DNA of 64,000 nucleotides from Trichoplax sp. H2 (taxonomy: Eukaryota): NCBI GenBank assembly GCA_003344405.1, contig NOWV01000003.1, positions 744,001 to 808,000 of the forward strand. The letters run 5' to 3'. The notes under the pieces are model-generated. The model saw only the letters and a list, made by a program, of their open reading frames with translations, did no database searches and was not told the origin of the DNA. Positions 13,768 through 25,591 of this stretch are shown here, piece by piece. The position numbers and the translations under genes were made by a program. Positions within the stretch are counted from its first letter, which is position 1. Each line of letters opens with the position of its first letter.

Positions 13768-16277
13768 CTAGATATTATCCATTTCAAGATGATGGGGAGC
13801 AATAATCCTACTCTTCTTTGACTTTAATGCAACTCCTGAACTCGGTGATGCAACAACTACGGGCCTATAACCATTCTCAGGGCGAAATTCGACAACTTTC
13901 AAGTTCGTCCTATCCGAAAGTTGCTGAAAGGTTTCCTGTAATTTTGATTTAAAAGTGAGTTTCAGTAACTTCATTCAGACACTGATGGGAATCGGTCAAT
14001 GAATGATACAGTATCATATCGATCAATTAAGTCAAACTTAGTACACTTTACCTGACATTGTAAAGCTTTAAAAGCCGCATGGATGATATTGCCAGGATTT
14101 GTCGAACCAATTACTTTCGCTCTTAAATCGGCTATACCCGCTAATTCACAAATTGAAGTAATTGCCCTATGACACCGTAACCCTTCACCTGTAATTTGAA
14201 ATAATTAAGTCATATCAATACTACACTGACGAATCCTTAATATATCATGAAGAAATTCGTGTTTACCTTTTGATCGCTTTTCCATTTTAACATGCGTCTT
14301 CTTATACTTTGTTTTAATATCATGAAAAACTAGCAGTAAGGTAAAATGTTTAAATTTAATTTTAACGCCAGCAACAGAGTGTAAGAAACTGCAGGATATG
14401 AAGCAGCAATAGGTGATAATTAGTTAATAACTTACTTGTATGTCCGTCACATCTATCGACGTGACATAAATAATTTACAGCCCTGTTCTTAGCCTACACA
14501 TGTATTGGATATTTATCATATATTAATTAAGCTTTCGAAATAGTTCTATATATACTGAAATTGCTTAAGCAAATTAGGCACTAAAAATATTTATCTATTA
14601 ATTAATACTGTAATATAAAGTATTCATCAATCAATTCTAGAATGCAACCTTTCTGAGAGCAGTTCTAACATCCTGTCCTTTACCGAAAGCATAGCCTAGA
14701 GGAAAGTAACGAATGGATAAAACTTTTTCAATATAAGAAATAGTTTTAAATATAGGAGGTAAACTAACAATTTCTGCTTTAGTCAAGTTCACGCATCATT
14801 TCTATTAATTACACACCAATTGCTCCATTTTTATTGCCGACAATTACTAATGCTCTCATTCTAGATCGTTTTCCCCCAGACGTCTGATTTGTAACTCTCC
14901 TCAGCTAGATAAACAGTAAACAGACAATTAAAAAGTTGCTATAATCCAGAATTAATATTGCAATAGTCCAATTATATTTAAGGGCCATAATATTGAAATC
15001 CCTATACCTCGATGCACGTCGAATAAAATTCATCCAAAATAGCTAATGATAATTAAAAATCATCCAAAATAAATGATTTAATATACCAAAATAGATACAG
15101 AAATAACACTTTACGTGTATGGATTAAAAATTTTACTTCCGTCTGGTGCTGCAGGCGAGCCAAGACTGCGACCGCCCCACCCGAAACCTGTCCATCCTCT
15201 ACCCAAATCCTTCTTTAGCGTCGACCTATAATTATCTACTCTAGGACTGAACGATGGCTGATCTTCCTGGTGTTCCTCAGTAGATGAGAGACTCGTACGT
15301 TTTCCCAATTTAGTACTTTCTAAAGGAGCATTATAGCCCGGCCATTTAAACTTATCCACTGCAGCATTGAAATCAACTGCCTTCTTCTTAACTCTTGTAC
15401 CACGTCGTCCACGACCTCCTGTTGCTGCTTTTCTTAAAATATTAAATTCATCTAAAAAATTAAATTATATAGTTATTTGGGTGACTATTATTACACGTAA
15501 GGGATAAATATTTCTCAAGGTCAAGAAATGAGAAATGTAAGTAAGTACCTTGATAAAGTACTCAAATCCTATATAATATGCTTACAATACAATTAATGTC
15601 TAACATCTACAGTATACGCGTTAAACATTAAAATATTGCTTCCTATCATCCACCGTTGACCACTATAGCACTGTAAACTCACATGCAAGTAGCGTACAAG
15701 AAAATCCTTAAGTAGTCTGAACAATTTTACTTGATCTTCTATAACTAAGCTACAAATTTACTGTATAGGTACTAAAATCATATTACAGTAAGCGTACGAT
15801 TATAAGTATCTAAATTTGTATCAACGGAAAAAACATGAATAAAATCCTACTGAATTATTAATCTTTAGCCTTTCTAAACCAGTAGAATACCCTACAATTG
15901 GGTTCGCTACTGAGCACTGAGCTATTTTGAGATAGAGTATATTACCAGGGTACCTAAAAAAGTGCACAATACGTATGTCGTACGGTTGTGCCAGCACTAC
16001 TATACAGACAGGCATCCATATACTCTACGACAAATATACATTCAAAAATATTCCTACAACACACATTACTACGTGATCTACTGTACTAAGCTTTTCCTGT
16101 TGTATACTTACGTCTCGTCAAGGCTGTCGTATAATTTCGCTGATCAAGCGGAGTGTAGAGACAATTTAGGCTTGCAACACGATAGATATTTTCACATTTT
16201 GCAATGGAACCACGGACATTGCTCACAATTGCAGATACTTTATAACAAATTGATGTAAAACGAAGTCCGGTTAGCAT
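13768..16277 (-). CDS. MRPS5: Mitochondrial ribosomal protein S5 (uS5m), multi-exon; 5' exons uncertain
   Basis: RGWTGFGWGGRSLGSP; TSGGKRSRMRALVIVGNKNG; GYAFGKG; GLRCHRAITSICELAGI; VIGSTNP; QETFQQLSDRTNLKVVEFRPE. The start (MLTGLRFTS..., presequence-like) is inferred. Confidence 0.88.
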
Positions 16278-16437
16278 TACTTGCAAATACTGTCGATTTT
16301 AGGTCGTAGTAATAACCCTCAATTAGATATCCACGAAGCAATATTGCAAGTACACGACAACTGGCAATGAGTTTTCCAACACTGGTCCTTACACAAGACT
16401 TTGTACTAAACCTCTGCTTTGTGCTTATTGTGCTGCA

Positions 16438-16604
16438 TGTACAGTAGATCAACATTACTATGCGTTTGTACCGTACTTTCTGTACTGTACTCTAGGTCGC
16501 AGGTGCGGTTTGCAGGCTGATCTTAATCTCTCTGCAACGAATGTTTCAGTATAGTACAGTACCGTACAGTACAGAGTCTCTACTGTACAGTGTACAGTAC
16601 TGTA
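16438..16604. repeat. TACAGTA/TACTGTA/TACCGTA array in the mRPS5-COX16 divergent region
   Basis: tagtacagtaccgtacagtacag...tactgtacagtgtacagtactgta. Confidence 0.8.
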
Positions 16605-17410
16605 AACGAAAAGTGTTCCGATTTAGAAATCATTTTCCAGTTCCAAATCCTCCTTGGAGTCGTGAACATCAGTATTCTACACTCTCAACGTTCAACAGCT
16701 GTTTCTCGCCTTTATTACAAACCCTGGTTTTAGAAAAGAGTTTAAATCCTTATTAGTTTTGGGCGATATGCTGATCTATTTTGATGACGATTTATCAACT
16801 GCGACAGGTTGACAATTCAGTCCAGACTGCATAGTAACCGTAACTGCTGCTACATTGCCCAGCTAAAATCCCTAGATCTAATCAAAAACTACTATAGCAA
16901 CGAATCCTGCGAATTGAATACATTGATATTTAATGATTACATACTGTATAGTTTTAAAAAATTTAAATTGGGCAGCTCAAACAAAGTGAAGATATACGGT
17001 GCTACACAGTTACTGTAGTCAGAGAGCCTTGGAGGGATTTACGCACTCTACTGTACACGGTACCTCAAATTGCACAACATATTCAGATAAAATAAATTGA
17101 TTACAAGGTCCTGTGAAAGACTCTTATGATACTTGTGTTCGCGTAATACATAAACTGAAACTTTAATCATTACATGATCATACAAAGGTATGGCATAATG
17201 CACTTGAAATTGATTCTAGTTATTTGTAATTTCATAAATTTCTTATAATTCTAGAATTCTGAAAATCCTATACTTCTACCACTATTACTGTACTGTACAT
17301 GACGTAAAAGTATACAGAACAGATAGGATTAGAATACACTACCCACGATAATTACAGTATAATTTCTGCTATAACCTAGCATACAATACGTATTCGAGTA
17401 TACAGTAAGC

Positions 17411-17446
17411 CATGGACTACTAAGAAAGACCTTTTTTAGTTCCATG
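17411..17446. mobile_element. 36-bp palindromic P-element-like remnant with perfect 7-bp target duplication
   Basis: agtaagc|catggactactaagaaagaccttttttagttccatg|agtaagc; same terminal family as 12768-12807. Confidence 0.75.
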
Positions 17447-17537
17447 AGTAAGCCCATCGAAATTTGTGCATACTTGCGAAGATATAATTTGATTATATCT
17501 CAAACTTAAGCAAAGTAAATCAATAATTCAATTCTAG

Positions 17538-18408
17538 ATGGCAAACTGGCAAAGAATTAAGACTCAGCTTCGTCGGAATAAGTTTATGATGTATGGTCTA
17601 CCGATGTTTGTAAGTAGTTCATTATAAAGCGTTTACGGCATTTAGAATTTGCAAAGTTTAAAATATACCAGTCATTTCACTATTTGGTCGCTACAAACGA
17701 CCTACGGCTGTCATTACTAGATTACGAAAGCTTGTAAACTTTAATGTCATAGCAATCATATCTACAAATTTAACTAAATTTACAACTGTTTACACAGATT
17801 TTAGTCATAGCAGGTTCATTCGGCTTAAAGGAATTTACAGAACTGAAGTATAATATCAGAGATGAAAAGATCCGAACTGTACGTAGATAAAATGACTGAC
17901 TAATATTGTAAACTTTATAAACAATTTTAATAAATGTACAATGTACATATATGCGTATCTTAAACGTTATTTCATTTAACAACTACTTATGATATAACAC
18001 TTTAGTTTTCTAGTTACTACAAAATTATAAAAAATTACTGTTATTATGCTGTTATAGTCATGACTTTATGAATTAATACTTACTGTTGCATGTATGAAAT
18101 GCAGTTAACGGCAGAAGAAAAGCTTGCATTACACCAAAAAGGCAAAAAAAAGACTCTAGAAGAAGTGTACGAGGCAAGCCTAATACGTACAGTTAATCAA
18201 ATGCCACAATACTACTTGTAGCTTTGCTAATAGTAATATACACTTTCGTAACTTTGGCAATCATCTTTACCTTATTTAAAGAATAATTCTTACTCGCTCT
18301 ATTCTTTTACTTGTGTAGAATACTATGAAAGAATTAGACATTGAACACTGGGTGAATAAACGAGGCCCACGTCCTTGGGAATCAAAAGCAGATAGAACTG
18401 ACTCCTAA
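17538..18408 (+). CDS. COX16: Cytochrome c oxidase assembly protein COX16, 4 coding exons (missed by ORF track)
   Basis: Spliced product MANWQRIKTQLRRNKFMMYGLPMF|ILVIAGSFGLKEFTELKYNIRDEKIRT|LTAEEKLALHQKGKKKTLEEVYE|NTMKELDIEHWVNKRGPRPWESKADRTDS*. GSFGL.EF and RGPRPWE are COX16 hallmarks; all junctions are phase 0. Confidence 0.93.
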
Positions 18409-19930
18409 AACGAGAAATCTAGAAAAAATCATTTATACCATATTTTAGCCTTCTTATACAAATACACTTACATTCAATACAACATAAGCTTGGTAATTTT
18501 CATAGATTTATTATTACAACTATTATATTAAACACTATTATACATAGCATTAATTACGTATAACGTCATACCGTTTGCCCTCACAGATACGTAAACTAAC
18601 TAAGCAAAATCATTCTTACAATTATATATGTTATATATACGATGCGAATCCCTATTTCATTAATTGTTATTGCAATTATTGCAATAGTCGGCACTACTGT
18701 TGGAAAATATTTGCATGATGAACAAATTAAAGTTGTTTAAATACATAGAAACGAGTTCCTAATTACTATGATATAAAATATATGTTCTACTAGCATATAA
18801 TACAAGACTCATGAAGATATAACTTAATTACGCAGTAGAACTGCAGTTCCTGTGTAGTTCTCTATTAATTTTAATTCATTCCATTTCATACTAAACTATA
18901 GAGTCTCCAACAATAGGTAAAACGACATTGTATTCATATTAATGCTTACTCCATGAAAGTTCAAGATCACCGTACCGTATTCAGACCTCGACCACAGGAT
19001 GGTCCAAAATTTAGTAACAAATGCCTTATACATGCTATAGGTGTGATTAATTTTTATTATTCGACCCCAATTACATAATTTTGATTTAGGAATGGATTCA
19101 ATATTATCACTACATCAATAGTTTGGATGGATAGTAAAGCATGATCGACTTAATATTGCATAACCATAGTAATAATATATAAATTTATACGGTATGCTAC
19201 GCTATCAAGCGATTAAAAAAGCTATGGGCTACATCATTTCAGTATAACTGCAAATATCATAATCAAGATTATAATATACACTTACTATAACATAATACTG
19301 ATATAACTCGAAATGTAGTAAATAGTATCACCGTGATATTCTTTACATAAATTGTGTCATAAATGTAGGCAATTTCCATTTACTTACACGAAGTGACTAC
19401 ATTGATAATGCTAAAAGTTTACATCTGATAAAGTGACAATATGTTAATTGTTTAAATGTTTCGTAAATGTATCATGATATAATTTAAAATCGGAGACTGT
19501 ACTGTTTTAATATACGCGTAAATATCTGTCTTTATCATCTTTACAATAGCTACGATCGTATTTATCAAGTATAGTATAGTAGCAGTTATTTTAATCATTC
19601 TTATAATATCTATTGCACAAATCCTTGTGCTTTATGTTAGCTAAAGAGACACCATATATTAAATGCTAAAAGTTCTTATCGACCATAGAGTAATAGAATT
19701 GAAGTAGCTTATAGATACTGCGAAGTAACTTTTGATGCATGTATAATAGCTAATCTATTGCAGATGTTAAATATACAATAAATCATAAAGAAGCAAAAAA
19801 TTGAATTCTTAATCAATTTCGGTTAAAATTCGGTACTGAATAAGTAATAAAGTTTCAAGATCACTTCTACATTAGTACCAAACCGTAAAACTAGATGGTT
19901 TCTAAATACTTTTTATTATCTAATGTCATT

Positions 19931-20485
19931 TCATAATAAAGAAGTTGATGAAGAAGATGTGATACTTGATTCGCTTTTTAAATCTTCGGAGGTATGATGT
20001 AACGCAGTAGATAATGCTCCAATGTAGTTAATTGCTAATCGTAAAGTTGTAATTTTATCCAAGCGGCCATCAGGTGTCGGATAATACGGTACAACTTTCC
20101 TTAATTCATCAAAAGCTAAATTCATTAATTTCATGCGCTTCCTTTCGCGACAATTTGCTTTACGCCGGCGATATCGAGATAATTTTCGCGGTTCTGGTAA
20201 TCCAGTTTCACTATCCCCAGCAGTATTTGCGTCTAACTGAGATAAAATCATTTCTCGTGTTGTTGTTGATCTTTTCCGAAAATTATAAGATCCTCCGCTA
20301 GGTGACTGAGGTGTCTTAATTCTTCTACCTTGACCAGTTTTACTCGATTCGTGGTTATTGCTTAGTTGGTTTTTATTTCTATCAATCAAATTAGATGATG
20401 CGTCCACAGAAGGGGCCATTGTCGTTATATTAGTATTTTTTGCTGTTGCTAGTGCAGTTTTTCTTCCTTTAGAAGCTTTTATCAT
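19931..20485 (-). CDS. Intronless atonal-superfamily bHLH transcription factor, Delilah/taxi-like
   Basis: [32 protein letters not shown]...[18 protein letters not shown]. The LSxYRR basic region and KITTLRLA helix 2 resemble Delilah. First in-frame ATG at 20485. Confidence 0.88.
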   Translation of the reverse strand: MIKASKGRKTALATAKNTNITTMAPSVDASSNLIDRNKNQLSNNHESSKTGQGRRIKTPQSPSGGSYNFRKRSTTTREMILSQLDANTAGDSETGLPEPRKLSRYRRRKANCRERKRMKLMNLAFDELRKVVPYYPTPDGRLDKITTLRLAINYIGALSTALHHTSEDLKSESSITSSSSTSLL

Positions 20486-23400
20486 ATTTGAAAGAAATAA
20501 AATAATGTTATCCTTGTTATAAACCAAGCCAAAATTAGTTAATTTTCTAAGCAACTAATCTGATTGGTATTTTAAAGCGAAAAATGCTTGCTTAAAGAAT
20601 TATTACGCTATCACGATAAAAGAAATAATGTAATACGAAATATCAGAATTATTAAATGTAGTAGATCTTGCGCTAAATGAAAATGGCGAGTAAAGGATAG
20701 ACTAAACGATAAGAGATGAGCAATTAAGCGATATGATGGCTTGTTTTCCCTTCAACCCTTCAATATATAAATATCCGGTCGTGACAATCGGTAAGAACTG
20801 ATTACAAAATTAATGTAGTATTCCTTAAAATAATTTATTTGCCTGGCGTATGGTTTGATTGTATTTTATGATAATGCACGAGAAGTTGATTGAATATCAT
20901 CATAAAGGTTAAAACATATACAGATATGTCGCTTTCCTACAGTACTAAATCCTTTGAAAACAAAAATTGTGCCTGTAAGGAATAAATTTATATCATAAAG
21001 AACAGATGGAACCAGAGGGAAATAAATCTAAAATTTATTTACTGTCAATTGTTATCAATTTTTTTATTATGTGCTGTGGCATGATGTTATTAATACTACC
21101 GTTAGAAATGGATTAATCATCATATTTCTAAATTGTAACTATTAGTATTAGTACTTGATGGAGTGATTAAATTTTTAAGATTGAAAAAAAACAATAGTTA
21201 CGACAATAACGGTAGCATCGATTATACGATAATTTAATGTAAATATTAAAGCTATAGTAGTTATATACTGTAGTAATTGCACTATCGATGAATTCGTGAT
21301 AACAATACTCCTAATGTGAATAAATACCATATTGAAATGTATACGTAGGATGAGTATCAATGCCGCGATTAGTTGCATTTAATACCTTTATAGTAACGAT
21401 AGCCACGATACCCTGTTAAGGCCCTCGAGTTAGCATATAAAGATATTCATCATTAATAATTACTGTTCATGTATCACTGCTAGACAATATACCTTATATG
21501 TCGGATATTATCCACTCAGCACTATTGTACTATTAGCATGCTAAATGTTATTAATATGCAGATTACATGCAAATAAATCCGCACAGTCTATTTCAGAGAC
21601 AGATAGATAGACATATCTGAATGGAGGTGTTACTTACTGTAATGCTATGGAAAAGGAAAACATGTTCAAAAAGTTGAACAATGCTAATTATAAATTAATA
21701 GCAACAATAATCTACTGGGTAACTTCAAATCATATACAGTTACTAACAAATCAAATAGCATATTAATTTTTAGATTGAAAATGAATCATTCATTATTCAA
21801 TCGATCTCTCTGTAACGGAAGAAACACTATCATTTCATTTCCAATATTCAGGGCGATACGAGTATATCAAAAATAATTAAAACTGTACTGTATAGTATTC
21901 GGCTGTAAGTTCGTAACAGATACAGTATTATGCCTTTTGCTATGATAGATTGTGCATAGTAGCCATCAGTTAATCTATTTATTTTAATAATATCTATATT
22001 TATGATTGTACAGGAAATAGTGAAATTTCTAACTCTACAAGAGATAGTTGCGTTAAATCATAATGAACTATCGATCAATACGAATGCATTAATTTACTAA
22101 AGTAATCATGATGTATTACAAAACCTAAACTTAACAGTAAAACACTTTGATTATAATTATCAAATACCACTGCATACAATGACATCAAATATTAAAATAG
22201 AATATCGTAACTTATTCAAAAATAATAAGTAAAGGAATACTATTTAATTATCTAACCTTGTGTTGAGGCGAAGTTTAATATAGATTAAATTTTATAAAAT
22301 TGATACCAAGGCTAGCTTTGCATAAATTGATAAAGACTATTCCAGAAATAGTGAAGAATCAATAGACCAGTATTTTAAAACTTACTGCGATGATACTAAC
22401 TATTTTTGATTGCAATCCGTAATCAAATGCAATAGTTTTTTTAACTGACGTTATAATGATTCGATTTGTGGTTCGTTACAGCTTTTAATAGAGTCTAAAC
22501 AAGAATAGTTAGCGATTATTGACATTGTCTTCTATTATTATCTCTATTGTCATTTTTAACTGAGGTAAAGCCATTATTTTCCATTGAGTGCATTGAGTCA
22601 GCTATTTTATTTTTGGTCGTAGACAACCATTACATAATAGACAGGCACTTGACATGTAATGAGTTAAAATATGAATATTTCAAAAACGTGTGTTACATTT
22701 CTCATCTGTTTTTACCGTTTCGCTACAACTGGCATTACGCTATTCATTTGAAACTATTGTTATGAATTAACTAGTAAGAGTATTAATCTTGTTGTTAAAA
22801 TCATGGTAGAATACATTACGAGAATGGTAACAGTTAAAACCAAAAAGATGACGAGATGGCAATCTTCTTATAGTTGAAAAAATAGAATTATTTGTGAAAT
22901 GAATCTTTCACATAATTACTGATTACAGAAAGTGTAAGATTTGATCATAATTAAAACTATAGCATGATGTATGATTACAAGGTATACGAAACCGAAATTG
23001 AATCAAGAAAATATTTAAAAATTTGAAATAAGAATGAACGATATTCAAACAAAAATAAGAAATATGTCTTCCTTCCTTTATACAATATATCACTATATGA
23101 CAGTCTATATCTTTGTTGACTGTAATATCATATGGAAAAATAGCTACAGTTAATTAATTACCCTTTTAAGTGCTTAAATATTATATAAAAAGTAACTTAT
23201 GTCCATAGAGTAATTGTTTTCTATCCTCTATTTGTCGTCACATATATCATTATTATTGTTGCCATCAATAATAACTGGGTAGCAGGTACCAGATATAATA
23301 ACATTAACCTAATATATAGCTAAGTAACCAGCATCATTTTAATATTATTTTTCTACCAGTATATCATGTCTAAGATAGACCACATTAAATTAATTCGTCA

Positions 23401-24984
23401 CTTTACCTTAATTTATTCTATTTTTGTTAATGACTGACCTTTGTTATCGTAGTGAGAGGTCCTTTAATGACTAGATTACATTCTTAATAACAATTCCATT
23501 GTTAAGCTGAGATTTGTTGTAGACTGTTGAATATAGGATTGATCATTTCTGTATTCATTCCTGATAGCAACATGCCTAGAAGGGACTTAATCAAATACAT
23601 CCCATTTTTATTCATCTAATACGAACCTATTCAAAAGTACTCAACTTGAATAGCATCACATTAATCATTAAATGTCAGAAATTATGACAAGACTAATCAT
23701 AATAAGACCTTGCGGGTAGGAGAAAAGTTGACAAGTTGATTCAACATAAAGACAATAATGACAAGGGCACGTTTTATTTTACTACTTTCTTCCTGCTTCC
23801 TTGCGTCATCTAAATTGAAGTTGATTTCATACAATGAAAGTAGAAGAGTGAAAAATCCTCACTTATTAAAACCGTATAAGTAAATCTAGTCGAAAAATTC
23901 GGAAATACAATTCTAATTAAAAGGGTGGAAGTTACTCTTAATTTTAACACTTGCTTTATGATCGGCATCGATATAATAAAATTTTTTTTAACATACAAAT
24001 AGAAGCTATTAACGAATATAATTTGTTGCATTAAATATGGTATTATCATAATAGTAATTGCCTACTTGAGTAGATCTACGGTATCTCTTTCTTTCTACAT
24101 GGTGTTATTTATATTAGTTTACTATCACTTTAGATTTGTTCGGAATGAAGGCTGATTGTAAACGCTCACGCGATGTGCAAAACTATTCTTCTTTGCTAAC
24201 TTTGTATTAAATCATTTAAATTTTATCAGTATAAATCAGATTAGTAATAGCAACAACTAGAAATAGTATTAACAAGATAAAGATAAACCTTAGTGAGTAC
24301 AGAAGATAATCGCCTATTATAAATAAAAGCAATGAAAACTGAATCACCAATACTGCAGCAAAAGGAGAGCCTTATCTTATTAGATACCCAATAAATTTTG
24401 ACTAAAAATGTCACTTCGATCAAATAAATCCTTATGACCCATTAAATTAGTATGCATCTGCTAAGTTAGAAAATGGGTAGTCACATCCAGATTATTTCAT
24501 TACTTGCACATTAATTGGATTGACATGCAAGTGTGAATTTGAATTATAAATATTATATTGATTATATTATTGCTTTTACTTAGTTACGCCTGTGTTTATA
24601 TTTGTTGTATACTATTAGCCTGATTCAAAGTTTTATTTTCCTATTCGCTATATCGAACTTAGTAAATATACGTACATCTAATGACTTAAAAAGATAGTCC
24701 AACACTGAATCACTTCTACAGTATATACTGGAATGGCGCAAACATTGGAAGACGAATATAGATATTCAACTGATTATTAATTCTTTTCCAAACTAACCCA
24801 ATTTGAAAAATTTGTTAGTCCGAATTGCTTGTAATTATTGATTCCTGTTAATCGGTTAGAGTGGTCTGATTTTATTTGTATACATTAGCCACAAGACGCA
24901 GATTAATGGCGTGCAACATAGCATTCTTTTTACTGCCATCAACACACGACCAGCACGCTAACCACTCAATTAAAATGCTACCGT

Positions 24985-25591
24985 TATCTATTGTTTCCTA
25001 TTGTGATAACTGACCTTACCTGTGAGCACATATTCCTAACTTCAATAATAGATGCTGTTATAAATAAAAGTAAACTTAATATCATCACCCGAATTCATTG
25101 GTCTGCCAATGCGATCAATGATATTGTCCGGAATGTATTTGTTTGACTCTCATACGCAACTATACTAGTGTAATGTAACTTAGTATTGTGATTGTAGACT
25201 GTTAGCCATGTGTAGTATAATGTACGGTAGATATTTATCCTAAGAGATATTTGGTAGCTGTAACTATAGACTGTAGTGGTAGAGACTCTATGCTAGAGTA
25301 CAGATGACTATATACAGTAAGCTGTTGAGTTACTAATATGGCTATAGGTAAAAATAGAACTGTAAATCATATATTAGGATATGGTTNNNNNNNNNNNNNN
25401 NNNNNNTATCTATTGTTTCCTATTGTGATAACTGACCTTACCTGTGAGCACATATTCCTAACTTCAATAATAGATGCTGTTATAAATAAAAGTAAACTTA
25501 ATATCATCACCCGAATTCATTGGTCTGCCAATGCGATCAATGATATTGTCCGGAATGTATTTGTTTGACTCTCATACGCAACTATACTAGT
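24985..25591. repeat. 185-bp identical duplication (24985-25169 and 25407-25591) around a 20-N gap; likely two haplotypes
   Basis: Sequences match to ...tatactagt and then diverge; Ns at 25387-25406. Confidence 0.9.
25169..25386. mobile_element. Possible end of an LTR retrotransposon, truncated by the gap
   Basis: Sequence present after only one copy of the duplication begins TGTAATGTAAC, matching the canonical LTR TG(T) start. Confidence 0.45.

Noticed and set aside
25338..25568. 76-aa ORF
   Set aside because: Spans the assembly gap and joins unrelated sequences.
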